Notes: generated from the letters alone by a model not told the origin. 64,000 nt of DNA from an uncultured Collinsella sp. (GCA_959600835.1 CAUGNQ010000001.1:41175-105174); one strand, 5' to 3'. Counted from the first letter of the stretch, positions 43,799-54,431 are shown. Program-made: numbers and translations.

Positions 43799-45652
43799 AT
43801 GCCGCTTTTCTCGCAACATACCGCCCGGTTCTCGCCGGACGTTCCTTTGGAGGGCACCAGCTCTCGCGAGCTGCTCAAGCGGTACCAGCCGCTCGAGACA
43901 CTTGCGACCGGCGGTTTTGGCTCCATCGAGATCTGCCGCGACACGCACCTGCGCCGCCGCGTCGCCATTAAACGCATCCCCCTTATCAACGGTGCCGGCA
44001 TGCCCGCTAGCGACATCATGGATGTCCTGCGCGAGGCGCACACTGCCGCCATGCTTCAACATCCCAACATCGTGCAGGTCATCGACTTTACGCACGACAC
44101 AGCCTATGCCTACCTGGTTATGGAATATGTCGATGGCATGTCGCTGGCCGAGTTTTTGCACCGCGCGGACGGCCACTCACTTACCTTTGACGAGGCCGCG
44201 GCCATTGCCGATGCCCTGGGCCAGGCGCTCACCTTCGCCCACAGTAATGGCGTACTCCACCTGGACATTAAGCCCGCCAACGTGCTCATCGACCACTCGG
44301 GCAATGTAAAGCTCACCGACTTTGGCATGGCGCGGCTGTCGTCCGCCGGTGGCTTTGGCGGCTCACGCGGCGGCACCATCGGCTACATGCCGCCCGAGCA
44401 GCTCGATATCGAGACCGGCACGGTCGACGAGCGCGCCGATGTCTTTGCCCTCGCCTGTGTGATCTACGAGGGCCTGTGCGGCAGCGCTCCTTTTATGGCG
44501 GCCACGCCCGCCGACTCGCTCGGCCGCATCATCGGCGGCGCCACCTATCCCAGCGAGCTGATACCACACTTTCCCCCGGGAGCCGAGGCCGCGCTCATGA
44601 GCGCGCTCTCCCCCATGCCGCAGGACCGCCCCAACAGCATCGAGGCATTTTGCGACCAGCTCCTTGCCGGTCTGGGCAGCGTGCGCGAAGGCCGTCGCAG
44701 CCTGGAGCAAATGGTTGGCGAACTTTCGGATGACGAGCAGGAGCTCGACGATATCGAGCCGTCGCACTACGAGGACGACACCATCGAAGTCGACCCCGCA
44801 CTCGGCTGGGCAGGCACGCGCTGGAGCCATGCGCGCGACTACGCCATGCACGCTATCTCGGCGCTAACGTGCGGCGCCTTTAGCTTTTTGCTGATGCAGA
44901 CGGCCGGCGTCGCGGCGCTTCCCGGCCTGGTCATTGCGGCTATCGCGATCGGAGCGGCGGCCGGCCTGGCCCCCCAGATTGGCTCGGCCATCTCGGCTGT
45001 GGGCTTTTTGGTGCTCATGGCAAACGCCACCATGCAGGCACAGGGCGTCCTGTCGATGTTGCCCGTCGCGGTGATCTTTGCCGCCGCCATGTCCGGTTGG
45101 TGGATCGCCTGGGGTCGCACCGAGGCTGCCGCGAGCGCCGCACTCACCTGTGCACTCGCGCTTGGCTGTCTGACCGGCAATACCTTCCTGGCAGCTGGGG
45201 TCACCGCCGGCGTCGCGTCATTTTGGCTCGGCCCGGCAAGCGCCGCCGCGGCAACGGGCATGGGCGCACTTTTTGCCCGTCTGGCCACGGTCGCGCTTTC
45301 AGCCGGAGGCGTGCTGGGGCTCGGTAACGTTGCCGCAGCGCTGGGAGACCCACTCCTTTGGGCTGCCTTTGTGCTGGTAGCGGCAACTGCCGCGGCGTCA
45401 TCTGCGCTGCTCAACGCCCATGCCAAGCGTGCCGATCAGGGCTCAAACCTTGCCGTAATCGCCGCCATCGCTGTCGCCGGCATCGGCTGCGCAGCGGCGT
45501 CCTGTCTTGCACACCATATGGAAATTGCCAGCCTTGCAGCCGCGGTCGTCGCCAAGGCGGCGGTTGCGGGAACCCTATCCTCTATAATCGTTGGGATATG
45601 CCTATATTTGCTCGGATACCAAAGAACCTATACGGAGAGTGATCTTTCGTGA
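43799..45652 (+). CDS. Hanks-type Ser/Thr protein kinase with multi-TM C-terminus
   Basis: GGFGSI, VAIK, HLDIKPAN, DFG, GYMPPE; stop overlaps the fhaA start. Confidence 0.92.
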   Translation: MPLFSQHTARFSPDVPLEGTSSRELLKRYQPLETLATGGFGSIEICRDTHLRRRVAIKRIPLINGAGMPASDIMDVLREAHTAAMLQHPNIVQVIDFTHDTAYAYLVMEYVDGMSLAEFLHRADGHSLTFDEAAAIADALGQALTFAHSNGVLHLDIKPANVLIDHSGNVKLTDFGMARLSSAGGFGGSRGGTIGYMPPEQLDIETGTVDERADVFALACVIYEGLCGSAPFMAATPADSLGRIIGGATYPSELIPHFPPGAEAALMSALSPMPQDRPNSIEAFCDQLLAGLGSVREGRRSLEQMVGELSDDEQELDDIEPSHYEDDTIEVDPALGWAGTRWSHARDYAMHAISALTCGAFSFLLMQTAGVAALPGLVIAAIAIGAAAGLAPQIGSAISAVGFLVLMANATMQAQGVLSMLPVAVIFAAAMSGWWIAWGRTEAAASAALTCALALGCLTGNTFLAAGVTAGVASFWLGPASAAAATGMGALFARLATVALSAGGVLGLGNVAAALGDPLLWAAFVLVAATAAASSALLNAHAKRADQGSNLAVIAAIAVAGIGCAAASCLAHHMEIASLAAAVVAKAAVAGTLSSIIVGICLYLLGYQRTYTESDLS

Positions 45653-46662
45653 ACTTCCTGAACATCTTCGAGGACCACGTGGCCGGCATCTTCGGTGCCA
45701 CCCGTGCCCCGTTCTCCTTTAAGAAGCTTGCCAAGCAGGCCGCTCGCGACATGGAGGATCAGACTCTGGTGATCAACGGCGTCAACACGGCGCCGGCACT
45801 CTATACCATCCTGATCGCCGCCGACGACGATCCCATGCTCGCCCCGTTCTACCCCGAGCTTTCGCGCGAGGTCCGCGAGTTTGTGAAGGCGCAGGCCGAA
45901 AAGCGCCGCTATGTCTTTGTCGGCGAGCCCCTCGTGCGCTTTATGATCGATCCGCAGCTGCGCGCCGGCAAGTTCTCGGTCTTTGCCGAGAACGTCGATG
46001 CCCCCACGCTCGGCCGCCTGTACGAAGAAGAGCGCGCCTATCAAAACGGTCTGGGCCAAAACAACTCCGCGGCAAGCCGTGCCGCCAGCGCCCCGCGCGC
46101 CGGCCAGCAGCAGTTTGCTGCCCCGCAGCAGCAGCGCCCCGCCGCCATGCCCCAGCAGCAGCCGACGCCTCGCGCCGCCGCTCCCGACCCGCTTGCCGTG
46201 GCAGACCCCTTCGCGCCTAGCGTCCCCGACCCCGCCGCAGCACCCATCCCGGTGCCGCAGACCGTCTCGCGCGACGCGCTTGCCGGCATGGGCGGAGCCG
46301 CCGCGACCGGTGCCGCCGTGGGCCTAGGCGCCGCAGCCGGCATCGCCTCCAACATGGCGAGCACTCGCGCCCCGCAGCGCCCGCTCGCCCAGCTCGTCGA
46401 CGTCGTGAGCGGCGAGAGCCATAGCATCACCTCCGCACAGGTGACTATCGGTCGCGAGCGCTCGGTTTCCGATATTGCCCTGCGCGACCCCAACGTGTCG
46501 CGCCGCCACGCCCAGCTCACCTTTACGGGCTCGGATTGGTCGATCGAGGACCTCAATTCCACCAACGGCACGCTCGTCAACAACCGCCGCATTACGCGCT
46601 GCCCGCTGCGCAACGGCGATCTGCTGACGTTTGGCCTGAGCACCTTTGAATTTAGGGGATAG
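45649..46662 (+). CDS. fhaA: FhaA-like protein (DUF3662-like plus FHA)
   Basis: N-terminal FhaA-like domain, low-complexity linker, IGR...VSRRHA...DLNSTNGT. Confidence 0.85.
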   Translation: MNFLNIFEDHVAGIFGATRAPFSFKKLAKQAARDMEDQTLVINGVNTAPALYTILIAADDDPMLAPFYPELSREVREFVKAQAEKRRYVFVGEPLVRFMIDPQLRAGKFSVFAENVDAPTLGRLYEEERAYQNGLGQNNSAASRAASAPRAGQQQFAAPQQQRPAAMPQQQPTPRAAAPDPLAVADPFAPSVPDPAAAPIPVPQTVSRDALAGMGGAAATGAAVGLGAAAGIASNMASTRAPQRPLAQLVDVVSGESHSITSAQVTIGRERSVSDIALRDPNVSRRHAQLTFTGSDWSIEDLNSTNGTLVNNRRITRCPLRNGDLLTFGLSTFEFRG

Positions 46663-46668
46663 TCTCTT

Positions 46669-47085
46669 ATGAACATCGATATCGTCCTTTTTGCAGGCCG
46701 CATCGTCCTGGTCGCCCTGCTCTATATCTTCCTGTTCGCCGTCATGAAGACCGGCGTGGGACTTGTGCGCGGACAGCGCCGCGACTCGGCTATCTGGACG
46801 ATCGATGTGGACAAGGGTCCGCGCGGTATCCGCGGCATCCACGTAGACATGCTCGGCCCCGTCATCGTCGGTCGCTCGCCATCTTCGGACATCTGCATCA
46901 ACGAACCGTTCGTCTCGGCCTCGCATGCGCGCTTTTCGCTGCAGGGCCCGGCGCTCATCATCGAAGACCTCAACTCGCTTAACGGCACGCTCGTCAACGG
47001 CCGCCAGCTTGTGGAGCCCGCAACGCTGCGCGAGGGCGACGAAGTCCAGATTGGCGACGTGGTCATGAAGGTGAACCGTCGATGA
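46669..47085 (+). CDS. fhaB: FhaB/FipA-like FHA protein
   Basis: N-terminal TM; VGR, VSASHA, DLNSLNGT. Confidence 0.85.
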   Translation: MNIDIVLFAGRIVLVALLYIFLFAVMKTGVGLVRGQRRDSAIWTIDVDKGPRGIRGIHVDMLGPVIVGRSPSSDICINEPFVSASHARFSLQGPALIIEDLNSLNGTLVNGRQLVEPATLREGDEVQIGDVVMKVNRR

Positions 47086-48881
47086 TCGACGAGGAGAACA
47101 AGTCCGCGACTATGACCGAGGCACCGGCTGCCGCCACAGCTGCGCCGGCCCACGCCGCTCCGGCGGGCTCCGCACCCGTGGAACCCGAGGACACCGTGTT
47201 CTCCCTGCCTCTTTCGCATGTAACGCATGATATTTCGGATCTCGCCGATAACGAGGACGAAGAGGATACCGTAGCGGCGCCCATCGGCGCACATGCCGCG
47301 GAACAGCCCACAGCGCCCGAAGCAACCCCGGCGCCAGCTCACTTTGCAGAGCCTGTCGCCGCGGCAATCAACGAGAGCGCTGCGGTGTTTGCGGCACCCG
47401 AGCCCGCCGCGCCGGCGTTTCCCATAGCCCCGGCATCCGAGGTTGCGCCCGTGTCTACGCCGGCGCCCGAGCCTATAGACGTCAGCCCGCAAGACGACGA
47501 GTCGACCGCCCGCGTGTCCGAGGAGCCCGACTCCCCGGACACCGGCGATTCCGAATCAAACGCCGAGACCGACACCGTCTCTCCCGGTGACACAGCCGAG
47601 ATCGACGTAGCCGCCGTTGAAGCCAAGCTCAAAGACCCCGGCTCGACCATGAGCTTTGAGCCCCTGACCGAGGAGCGCATCGAGACCGACTCGACCTATG
47701 ATGCCGGCACCACCACGCAACTCATGTGGGGTGCCCGCTCCGACGTTGGCTGTGTGCGCCCGCACAATGAGGATTCCTACCTGGTGCAGTCGCCGCTCTT
47801 TTGCGTATGCGACGGCATGGGCGGTCACGCCGCCGGCGAGGTAGCCTCTTCCATCGCCGTCGAGACTATTGCCAAGACGGCCCCGCAGTCCGCCGACGCA
47901 GCACGCCTGGCGGCAGCCGTCGAGGCAGCTAACGCCGCCGTAATCGAGGCGGCCCTGAACGGCCTAGGCAAGCCCGGCATGGGCTGCACAGCCACTTGCG
48001 CCTATATCGAAAACGACACGCTCGCCATCGCCCACGTGGGCGACTCTCGCGCCTACCTGCTCCACGAGGGCACGCTCATCCGCGTGACCCGCGACCACTC
48101 CTACGTGGAGGAGCTCGTGGACGCCGGCGAGATCACGGCAGACGAGGCTCGCGTCCACCCCAACCGTTCGGTCATCACCCGTGCGCTGGGCTCAGACCCC
48201 GCCATGTATGCCGACCACTTCACTCTGCATATCGAGGAAGGCGACCGCCTGATACTGTGCTCTGACGGCCTTTCGAGCATGATTCCCGATAGCGATATCG
48301 AGAACATCGCCACGCAGTCCTCAACCGCGCAAATCTGCGTTGACAACCTAGTGGACGCGGCGCTTGCCGCCGGCGGCCACGACAACGTGACCGTAGTAGT
48401 CGTTGACCTGGTTGACGATGGCGTTATGCGCGAGGCGCAACGCGTGCGTCGCCGCAACGTCACCATCGGCGTCGTCTTAGGTCTCGTCTTGGTGCTGGCG
48501 GCTGCCATCTGGGCCTACACGGGTGTCACCGGCTCGTACTACCTGGGTACCTACCAGGGCAATGTCGCCGTCTGGCGCGGCCTTCCCGGCAAGCCGCTCG
48601 GACTCAAGCTTCACTGGCTCGAAAGCGAAACCAGTATCAAGCTGTCCGACCTGCCCGAAGACACGCAAAACCGCCTCAAGGCGGGTATTCCGCAAACAAG
48701 TGTTGACGATGCGCAGGACACGATATCCAAGTACCGCCACCAGATCGACGAGGAGCAGACCCGCCAGGTGATTGACGCGCAGACGATTCGCGACAACACC
48801 AATCAGGGATCGACCTCCGAATCAGATTCCGAGAAAACCGCCGAACAGTCCGCCGAGGCCGAAGCCTCCGATAAGAATTAG
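47082..48881 (+). CDS. pstP: PP2C-family Ser/Thr phosphatase (PstP/Stp1) with long acidic N-terminal extension
   Basis: RPHNED, CDGMGGH, HVGDSRAY, LCSDGL, GGHDNVT; TM helix follows. Confidence 0.9.
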   Translation: MIDEENKSATMTEAPAAATAAPAHAAPAGSAPVEPEDTVFSLPLSHVTHDISDLADNEDEEDTVAAPIGAHAAEQPTAPEATPAPAHFAEPVAAAINESAAVFAAPEPAAPAFPIAPASEVAPVSTPAPEPIDVSPQDDESTARVSEEPDSPDTGDSESNAETDTVSPGDTAEIDVAAVEAKLKDPGSTMSFEPLTEERIETDSTYDAGTTTQLMWGARSDVGCVRPHNEDSYLVQSPLFCVCDGMGGHAAGEVASSIAVETIAKTAPQSADAARLAAAVEAANAAVIEAALNGLGKPGMGCTATCAYIENDTLAIAHVGDSRAYLLHEGTLIRVTRDHSYVEELVDAGEITADEARVHPNRSVITRALGSDPAMYADHFTLHIEEGDRLILCSDGLSSMIPDSDIENIATQSSTAQICVDNLVDAALAAGGHDNVTVVVVDLVDDGVMREAQRVRRRNVTIGVVLGLVLVLAAAIWAYTGVTGSYYLGTYQGNVAVWRGLPGKPLGLKLHWLESETSIKLSDLPEDTQNRLKAGIPQTSVDDAQDTISKYRHQIDEEQTRQVIDAQTIRDNTNQGSTSESDSEKTAEQSAEAEASDKN

Positions 48882-48897
48882 AAAGGGAGTGCCGCTT

Positions 48898-51768
48898 ATG
48901 AGTCGCCGCAACACCGAGCTGCTCTTGCTCATCGCCTCGGCGTTCCCCGTCATCCTGCTGTATGCGATGTACGTGCTCACCGCGGGCGCCGCCATCTCCT
49001 TTGAGACGCTCGCCGTGCCGATCGGCCTCTTTGCCGCCTTCGCCGCGGCACATATCGCCGTGCGCATCTTGGCGCCCGGCGCCGACCCCGCCATCCTACC
49101 CATCGTATTTATACTTTCGGGCATCGGCATCACGTTCGTGACACGCCTCGCCCCCGCTCTCGCCATCTCACAGCTCATCATCCTGTTTGTCTCGGTGGCC
49201 CTGATGGTGGGAACGCTCGCACTGGTCAAAAACCTCGACGTGGTCATGCGCTACAAGTACACCTTTGGCATCATCGGCATCATCCTGCTGATGCTGCCCA
49301 TCTTTATCGGCACCACGATCTCGGGCTCCAAGCTGTGGATTCGCATCGCGGGCTTTACCATCCAGCCTGGCGAGTTCGCCAAGGTCTTTATCGTGCTGTT
49401 CCTGGCCGGGTACCTGGCCGAGAACCGCGAGCTGCTCTCCATCTCCAACCGCAAGATCCTGGGCTTTAAGATCCCTCGCCTGCGACTGCTGCTGCCGCTG
49501 TTTGCCGTGTGGGGTGTGTGCCTGCTCGTCGTCGTCTTCGAACGCGACCTGGGTTCGGCCGTGCTGTTCTACACCATCTTCTTGCTGATGCTCTACGTTG
49601 CCACGGGGCGCTTTTCGTATGTCGTTATCGGCCTTGCGCTCTTAGCCGTTGGAGCTGTGGGCGCCTACAAGTTCCTGTCTCACGTTCAGGTGCGTTTCCA
49701 GGTTTGGGTCGATCCGTTTAAGGACGCCCAGGGCCAGGGCTACCAGATCGTCCAGTCGCTCTTCTCGCTTGCCGATGGCGGCCTGGTCGGTGTTGGCATC
49801 GGCAACGGCATGGCCAACAACATCCCCGTCGTCGAGTCCGACTTTATCTTTTCGGCTATCGGCGAGGAGATGGGCCTTTTGGGCGGCGGCGCCGTGCTCA
49901 TCCTGTTTATGCTTTTTGCCGTGCGTGGCCTCACCACGGCTGCCCGCGCTAAATCCGACCTTGCCGCCTTTAGCGCCACCGGTCTTACGGCAGCCATCAG
50001 CTTCCAGGCCTTCTTGATCGTTGGCGGCGTAACCCGCCTGATCCCGCTGACCGGCGTCACCCTGCCCTTTATGAGCCAGGGCGGCTCCTCGCTGCTGGCA
50101 AGCTTTATCATCGTCGCGCTCCTGCTGCGCGCCGGTGACGAGGCGACCGGACGCGAGGCCGAGCTTACCGGCACCGGCACCATGGCCGCCATCACCGATG
50201 ATCAGGTCGCATCTGCCGCCGCCCCGACGGGCACGCGCTTTGCCACCTCGTCTTCCTACGGCAGCGGCAGCCATTCCGTCGGCTCGCGCATGCGCCGTCG
50301 CCTGCTCGACACGCCTGAATCCGGTGTGCTCGGCCGCGTTGCGCTCGCCAACCGTCTAACCCGTGCGGTGCTCGCCTTTACGGCGCTGTTCGCCATCCTT
50401 ATCGGCAACCTCACCTATGTCCAGGTCATTAAGGCCAAGGACTATCAGGACATGCCGACCAACAACCACACCATCGCCCGCTCCAAGTACATCCAGCGCG
50501 GCTCCATCATCACGTCCGACGGCGTGACGCTGGCCGAGTCGCTGCAGCAGGAGGACGGCACCTACGTACGCTCCTACCCCAACGGTAACCTGGCAGCGCA
50601 CGTGGTTGGCTACGTGAGCCAGCAGTATGGCACCACCGCCATCGAGAGCGTCATGAACGACACGCTCACCGGTTCTAAGGACTACTCCAGCTGGAACAAC
50701 GCCATCGCGTCGCTCGCGGGCCAGACCCAGCCGGGCAACACCGCCAAGCTCACCATCGACTCGCGTATCCAGACGGCGGCCGAGCAGGCACTCAAGGGCT
50801 TTAAGGGCGCTGTAGTGGTCATCGACCCGCGTACCGGCGCGGTACTCGCATGTGCCAGCTCGCCCACCTACGACAACACCAACATCGACGCCCTGCTGCA
50901 GGCGGGCGGCGGCGAGGACGGCTCCATGTACAATCGCGCCATGGACGCGCTGTACACGCCGGGCTCCACGTTTAAGGTCGTTACGCTTTCCGCGGCACTC
51001 GAGACCGGTACCGCCAGCCTTACCAGCACCTACCAGGCGCCCGGCTCCATGGACATCGGCAACGCACCGGTCACCAACTATGCCAACGAGAGCTACGGCA
51101 CCATCAGCCTGCAGCAGGCCTTTGCCGTGTCCTCCAACGTCGTCTTTGGCCAGGTGGCAAACGAAGTTGGCGCAAACACGCTCGTGCAGTTTGCCAACGC
51201 CTTTGGCTACGGCCAAAAGCTCGGCCAGGACCTGACCTCCGCGGCCTCCATCATGGCAGACCCGTCGCTCATGACCGAGTGGGAGACCGCTTGGGCCGGC
51301 GCCGGCCAGCCTGTCGGCATGGACCACACGCCCGGCCCGCAGACCACCGTCATGCAAAGCGCCGTGATTGCCGCCGCCATCGCTAACAGTGGCGTGGTCA
51401 TGGACCCGTACTTTGTAGCCCAGGTACTCGCCCCGGACGGAACTGTGGTCAAGACCACGCAGTCCCGCTCGCTGGGTCAGGCCGTCAGCTCCGCCACGGC
51501 CGACCAGGTCAAGCAGGCCATGCTCGCCGTCGTCCAGTCCGGTACCGGCACCGATGCCCAGGTCCCCGGCGTCAAGGTCGCCGGCAAGACCGGCTCGCCC
51601 GAGACCGGCGGCACCAACGTCAACTCGACGTTCGTTGGCTTTGCACCTTACGATTCACCCACGGTCGCCATCTCGGTGGCCTTGGAGGATTACGACAAAC
51701 ACGACGTCAAGGCGGCCAAGATTGCCGGCATCGTCCTGACCGCGGCGCTCGCCGCACAGGGAGCGTGA
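48898..51768 (+). CDS. Fused RodA/FtsW (SEDS) glycosyltransferase and class B PBP (PbpA-like transpeptidase)
   Basis: IQPGEFAK, DLGSA, SDFIF, PFMSQGGSS, then PGSTFK (SxxK), SSN and KTG in one frame; start MSRRNTELL. Confidence 0.92.
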   Translation: MSRRNTELLLLIASAFPVILLYAMYVLTAGAAISFETLAVPIGLFAAFAAAHIAVRILAPGADPAILPIVFILSGIGITFVTRLAPALAISQLIILFVSVALMVGTLALVKNLDVVMRYKYTFGIIGIILLMLPIFIGTTISGSKLWIRIAGFTIQPGEFAKVFIVLFLAGYLAENRELLSISNRKILGFKIPRLRLLLPLFAVWGVCLLVVVFERDLGSAVLFYTIFLLMLYVATGRFSYVVIGLALLAVGAVGAYKFLSHVQVRFQVWVDPFKDAQGQGYQIVQSLFSLADGGLVGVGIGNGMANNIPVVESDFIFSAIGEEMGLLGGGAVLILFMLFAVRGLTTAARAKSDLAAFSATGLTAAISFQAFLIVGGVTRLIPLTGVTLPFMSQGGSSLLASFIIVALLLRAGDEATGREAELTGTGTMAAITDDQVASAAAPTGTRFATSSSYGSGSHSVGSRMRRRLLDTPESGVLGRVALANRLTRAVLAFTALFAILIGNLTYVQVIKAKDYQDMPTNNHTIARSKYIQRGSIITSDGVTLAESLQQEDGTYVRSYPNGNLAAHVVGYVSQQYGTTAIESVMNDTLTGSKDYSSWNNAIASLAGQTQPGNTAKLTIDSRIQTAAEQALKGFKGAVVVIDPRTGAVLACASSPTYDNTNIDALLQAGGGEDGSMYNRAMDALYTPGSTFKVVTLSAALETGTASLTSTYQAPGSMDIGNAPVTNYANESYGTISLQQAFAVSSNVVFGQVANEVGANTLVQFANAFGYGQKLGQDLTSAASIMADPSLMTEWETAWAGAGQPVGMDHTPGPQTTVMQSAVIAAAIANSGVVMDPYFVAQVLAPDGTVVKTTQSRSLGQAVSSATADQVKQAMLAVVQSGTGTDAQVPGVKVAGKTGSPETGGTNVNSTFVGFAPYDSPTVAISVALEDYDKHDVKAAKIAGIVLTAALAAQGA

Positions 51769-51885
51769 TGCCCATGATTGAATCGGACACCCGAGGCGCG
51801 CCGCGGCCGAAGAGTTAGCGGCAACGCGCCACACGGCCCCAGCGGCCACATCGTAGGTACTACACACATCGTTGAGCGAATAGTT

Positions 51886-53868
51886 ATGTTAGGAGCAGGA
51901 ATGGAACAGAGGGTCCTCGGGGGAAGATACCTCCTCAAGGATAAGGTGGGGACAGGCGGCATGGCGACCGTCTACCGTGCACAGGACCAGGTCCTCGACC
52001 GCACGGTTGCCGTCAAGATCATGCTGCCGCAGTATGCTGGCGACGCAACCTTCGCCGCACGCTTTAAGCAGGAGGCCCAGGCAGCAGCCGGTCTCTCCTC
52101 CCCCTATATCGTGGGCGTCTACGATTGGGGCAAGGACGGCGACACCTATTACATCGTCATGGAGTACCTGCGCGGCACCGACCTTAAGAGCGGCATCAAG
52201 AGCCACGGCGCCCTCGACCCCAAGAAGGTCGCCCAGATCGGCTCGCAGATCAGCTCCGCGCTTTCGGTCGCCCACAAGCACGAGATCATCCACCGCGACA
52301 TCAAGCCGCAGAACATCATGGTGCTGCCCGACGGCAACATCAAGGTGATGGACTTTGGCATCGCGCGCGCCAAGAACAGCCACCTCACGCAAGACAACAA
52401 CGTGCTGGGAACCGCCCACTACGTCAGCCCCGAGCAGACCCGTGGTCAGGACCTCGGCCCCACCTCGGATATCTACTCGCTGGGCGTCGTGATGTACGAG
52501 TGCGCCACCGGCCGCGTTCCCTTTGACGGTGACGACGCTATCTCGGTCGCACTCAAGCAGGTCAACGAGCTGCCTATTCCGCCGAGCCAGATCAACTCCG
52601 GTGTCGACGCCGACCTTGAGCGCATCATCCTCAAGTGCATGGAGAAGGACCCGGCAAACCGCTTCCAGACCGCCGACGAGCTGCGTCAGGTGCTCAACAG
52701 CTACCTGTCGGGCCGTGCCGTCAACATCTCGGAGCCCACGCGCATCATCGGTGCCCCCGGTGAGCTGGGCGCCACCAAGACTCGCGAGCTTTCCGATCAG
52801 ACGCGCACCATGGTGCGTCCCGTCTCGGGCGTGAGCGGCCAGAATACCGCCCGTAGCTCGGTTTCGGGCTCCACCGGCTCCTACGAGGTCGAAAAGCCCA
52901 AATCCAACAAAAACAAGATCATCGCCGCCGTGGTGGCAGCCGTTGCCGTCATCGGTATCGTGGTGGCCTTTGCCACAGGACTCTTTGGCGGCGAGCAGGT
53001 CACCGTGCCCGATGTGCTAGGCAAGGACCAGCAGACTGCCGTCGAGCAGATCAAGGAAGCCGGCCTCGAGGTCGGCACCATCGACCAAAGCTACAACGAC
53101 GATGTCGACGAGGGCAAGGTCGCCGAGCAGACGCCCAACGGCAACACCAAGAAGGCCAAGGGCACCAAGGTGAACCTGGTAATCTCCAAGGGCCCCAAGC
53201 CCTCCGAGAAGGTCGAGGTTCCCCGGCTGGTCGGCCTGACCAAGGACCAGGCAGAAGCCGCGCTGGCAAGCGTTGGCCTGAAGGGCAACGCCTCCGAGGA
53301 GGCCAACGAGGCCGATGAGGGCCAGGTCTTTGAGCAGGGCACCGAAGCCGGTAAGGAAGTCGAGAAGGGCACGACCATCTCGTACAAGGTCTCGAGCGGC
53401 CCGGATACCACGTCCGTCCCCGACCTGACCGACATGACCGAGGCCCAGGCGCGCAACGCCCTCGATATGGCAGGCTTTGGCGTCGACGTCAGCTACCAGG
53501 AGAACGACTCCGTCACCGAGGGCACCGTCATTAGCTGGAACCCCAGTGGCAAGCAGAAGCCCGGCGCCACGATTACCGTCGTCATTGCCAAGAAGTCCGG
53601 CAAGGCCACCGTCCCGGGCAACCTGTACGGCAAGAGCATCTCCGCCGCCGTCACCGCGCTCAACAACGCCGGGTTCTACAACATCGCGTTCTGCGACCAG
53701 AACGGCAACCCCGTGAGCGGCAACGAAAACGCCACCGTTACGGGCGTCTCCCCCACCGGCAAGCAGTCCACCGACAACACGATTACGCTGACGGTTTCGA
53801 TTTCTGGCTCGGGTTCGGGCTCTGGCTCGGGCACGAGCACGGGCGACGATTCTGGTACGACCAACTAG
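51886..53868 (+). CDS. pknB: PASTA-domain Ser/Thr kinase PknB/Stk1
   Basis: GTGGMATVY, HRDIKPQN, DFGIA, SPEQ, TM helix, four V-P-initiated PASTA-like repeats (alternative start 51901). Confidence 0.93.
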   Translation: MLGAGMEQRVLGGRYLLKDKVGTGGMATVYRAQDQVLDRTVAVKIMLPQYAGDATFAARFKQEAQAAAGLSSPYIVGVYDWGKDGDTYYIVMEYLRGTDLKSGIKSHGALDPKKVAQIGSQISSALSVAHKHEIIHRDIKPQNIMVLPDGNIKVMDFGIARAKNSHLTQDNNVLGTAHYVSPEQTRGQDLGPTSDIYSLGVVMYECATGRVPFDGDDAISVALKQVNELPIPPSQINSGVDADLERIILKCMEKDPANRFQTADELRQVLNSYLSGRAVNISEPTRIIGAPGELGATKTRELSDQTRTMVRPVSGVSGQNTARSSVSGSTGSYEVEKPKSNKNKIIAAVVAAVAVIGIVVAFATGLFGGEQVTVPDVLGKDQQTAVEQIKEAGLEVGTIDQSYNDDVDEGKVAEQTPNGNTKKAKGTKVNLVISKGPKPSEKVEVPRLVGLTKDQAEAALASVGLKGNASEEANEADEGQVFEQGTEAGKEVEKGTTISYKVSSGPDTTSVPDLTDMTEAQARNALDMAGFGVDVSYQENDSVTEGTVISWNPSGKQKPGATITVVIAKKSGKATVPGNLYGKSISAAVTALNNAGFYNIAFCDQNGNPVSGNENATVTGVSPTGKQSTDNTITLTVSISGSGSGSGSGTSTGDDSGTTN

Positions 53869-53920
53869 TCGCCGCCCCACCGCCCATTACGGCTCCCGCC
53901 GCAAACATATTCGCTCACAG

Positions 53921-53960
53921 GCGCCCGCTTGCTCCCCCAGCAAGCGGGCGCTTCGTTTTT
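53921..53960 (+). terminator. Rho-independent terminator after pknB
   Basis: gcgcccgcttgct-ccccc-agcaagcgggcgc followed by ttcgttttt. Confidence 0.8.
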
Positions 53961-53972
53961 GACATGGCATGA

Positions 53973-54298
53973 ACCAGAAGAGCCCGGCACCGTGGCGGTG
54001 TACCGGGCTCGATCAATCTCTGGTGCCCCCGGGCGAATTCAACCCCCCCCCCGCGGGAAATTGGTGACGCGGGTGTCGACGGCTCGAACCCTGTCCTTAG
54101 ACCAGAAGAGCCCGGCACCGTGGTGGTACCGGGCTCGACAAATCTCTGGTGCCCCCGGGCGGATTCGAAAACTCCCCCCGCGGGGAAATTGGTGCCGCGG
54201 GTGTCGACGGTCCGAATCCGGCCTTTAGACCAGAAGAGCCCGGCACCGTAGCGGTACCGGGCTCGGCAAATCTCTGGTGCCCCCGGGCGGATTCGAAC
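53973..54298. repeat. 128-bp tandem repeats containing tRNA-Arg fragments
   Basis: Units start at 53973, 54101 and 54229; the third runs into the real tRNA 3' end. Confidence 0.88.
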
Positions 54299-54350
54299 CG
54301 TCGACACCCGCTTTAGGAGAGCGGTGCTCTATCCCCTGAGCTACGGAGGC
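54275..54350 (-). tRNA. tRNA-Arg(CCT)
   Basis: Reverse complement gcctccgtagctcaggggatagagcaccgctctCCTaaagcgggtgtcgacggttcgaatccgcccgggggcacca: cloverleaf, TTCGAA T-loop, CCA end. Confidence 0.95.
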
Positions 54351-54431
54351 ATGCTGTACTAGTGTAGCAGATTTACGCCGCTGTAATGCAACGTATAGCC
54401 ACTCTTCGAAGTTGCGGTGGAACAGCCCTCC

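Noticed and set aside
53973..54274. Additional tRNA genes in the tandem repeats
   Set aside because: Only 3' and T-arm fragments are present; no D-arm or full cloverleaf
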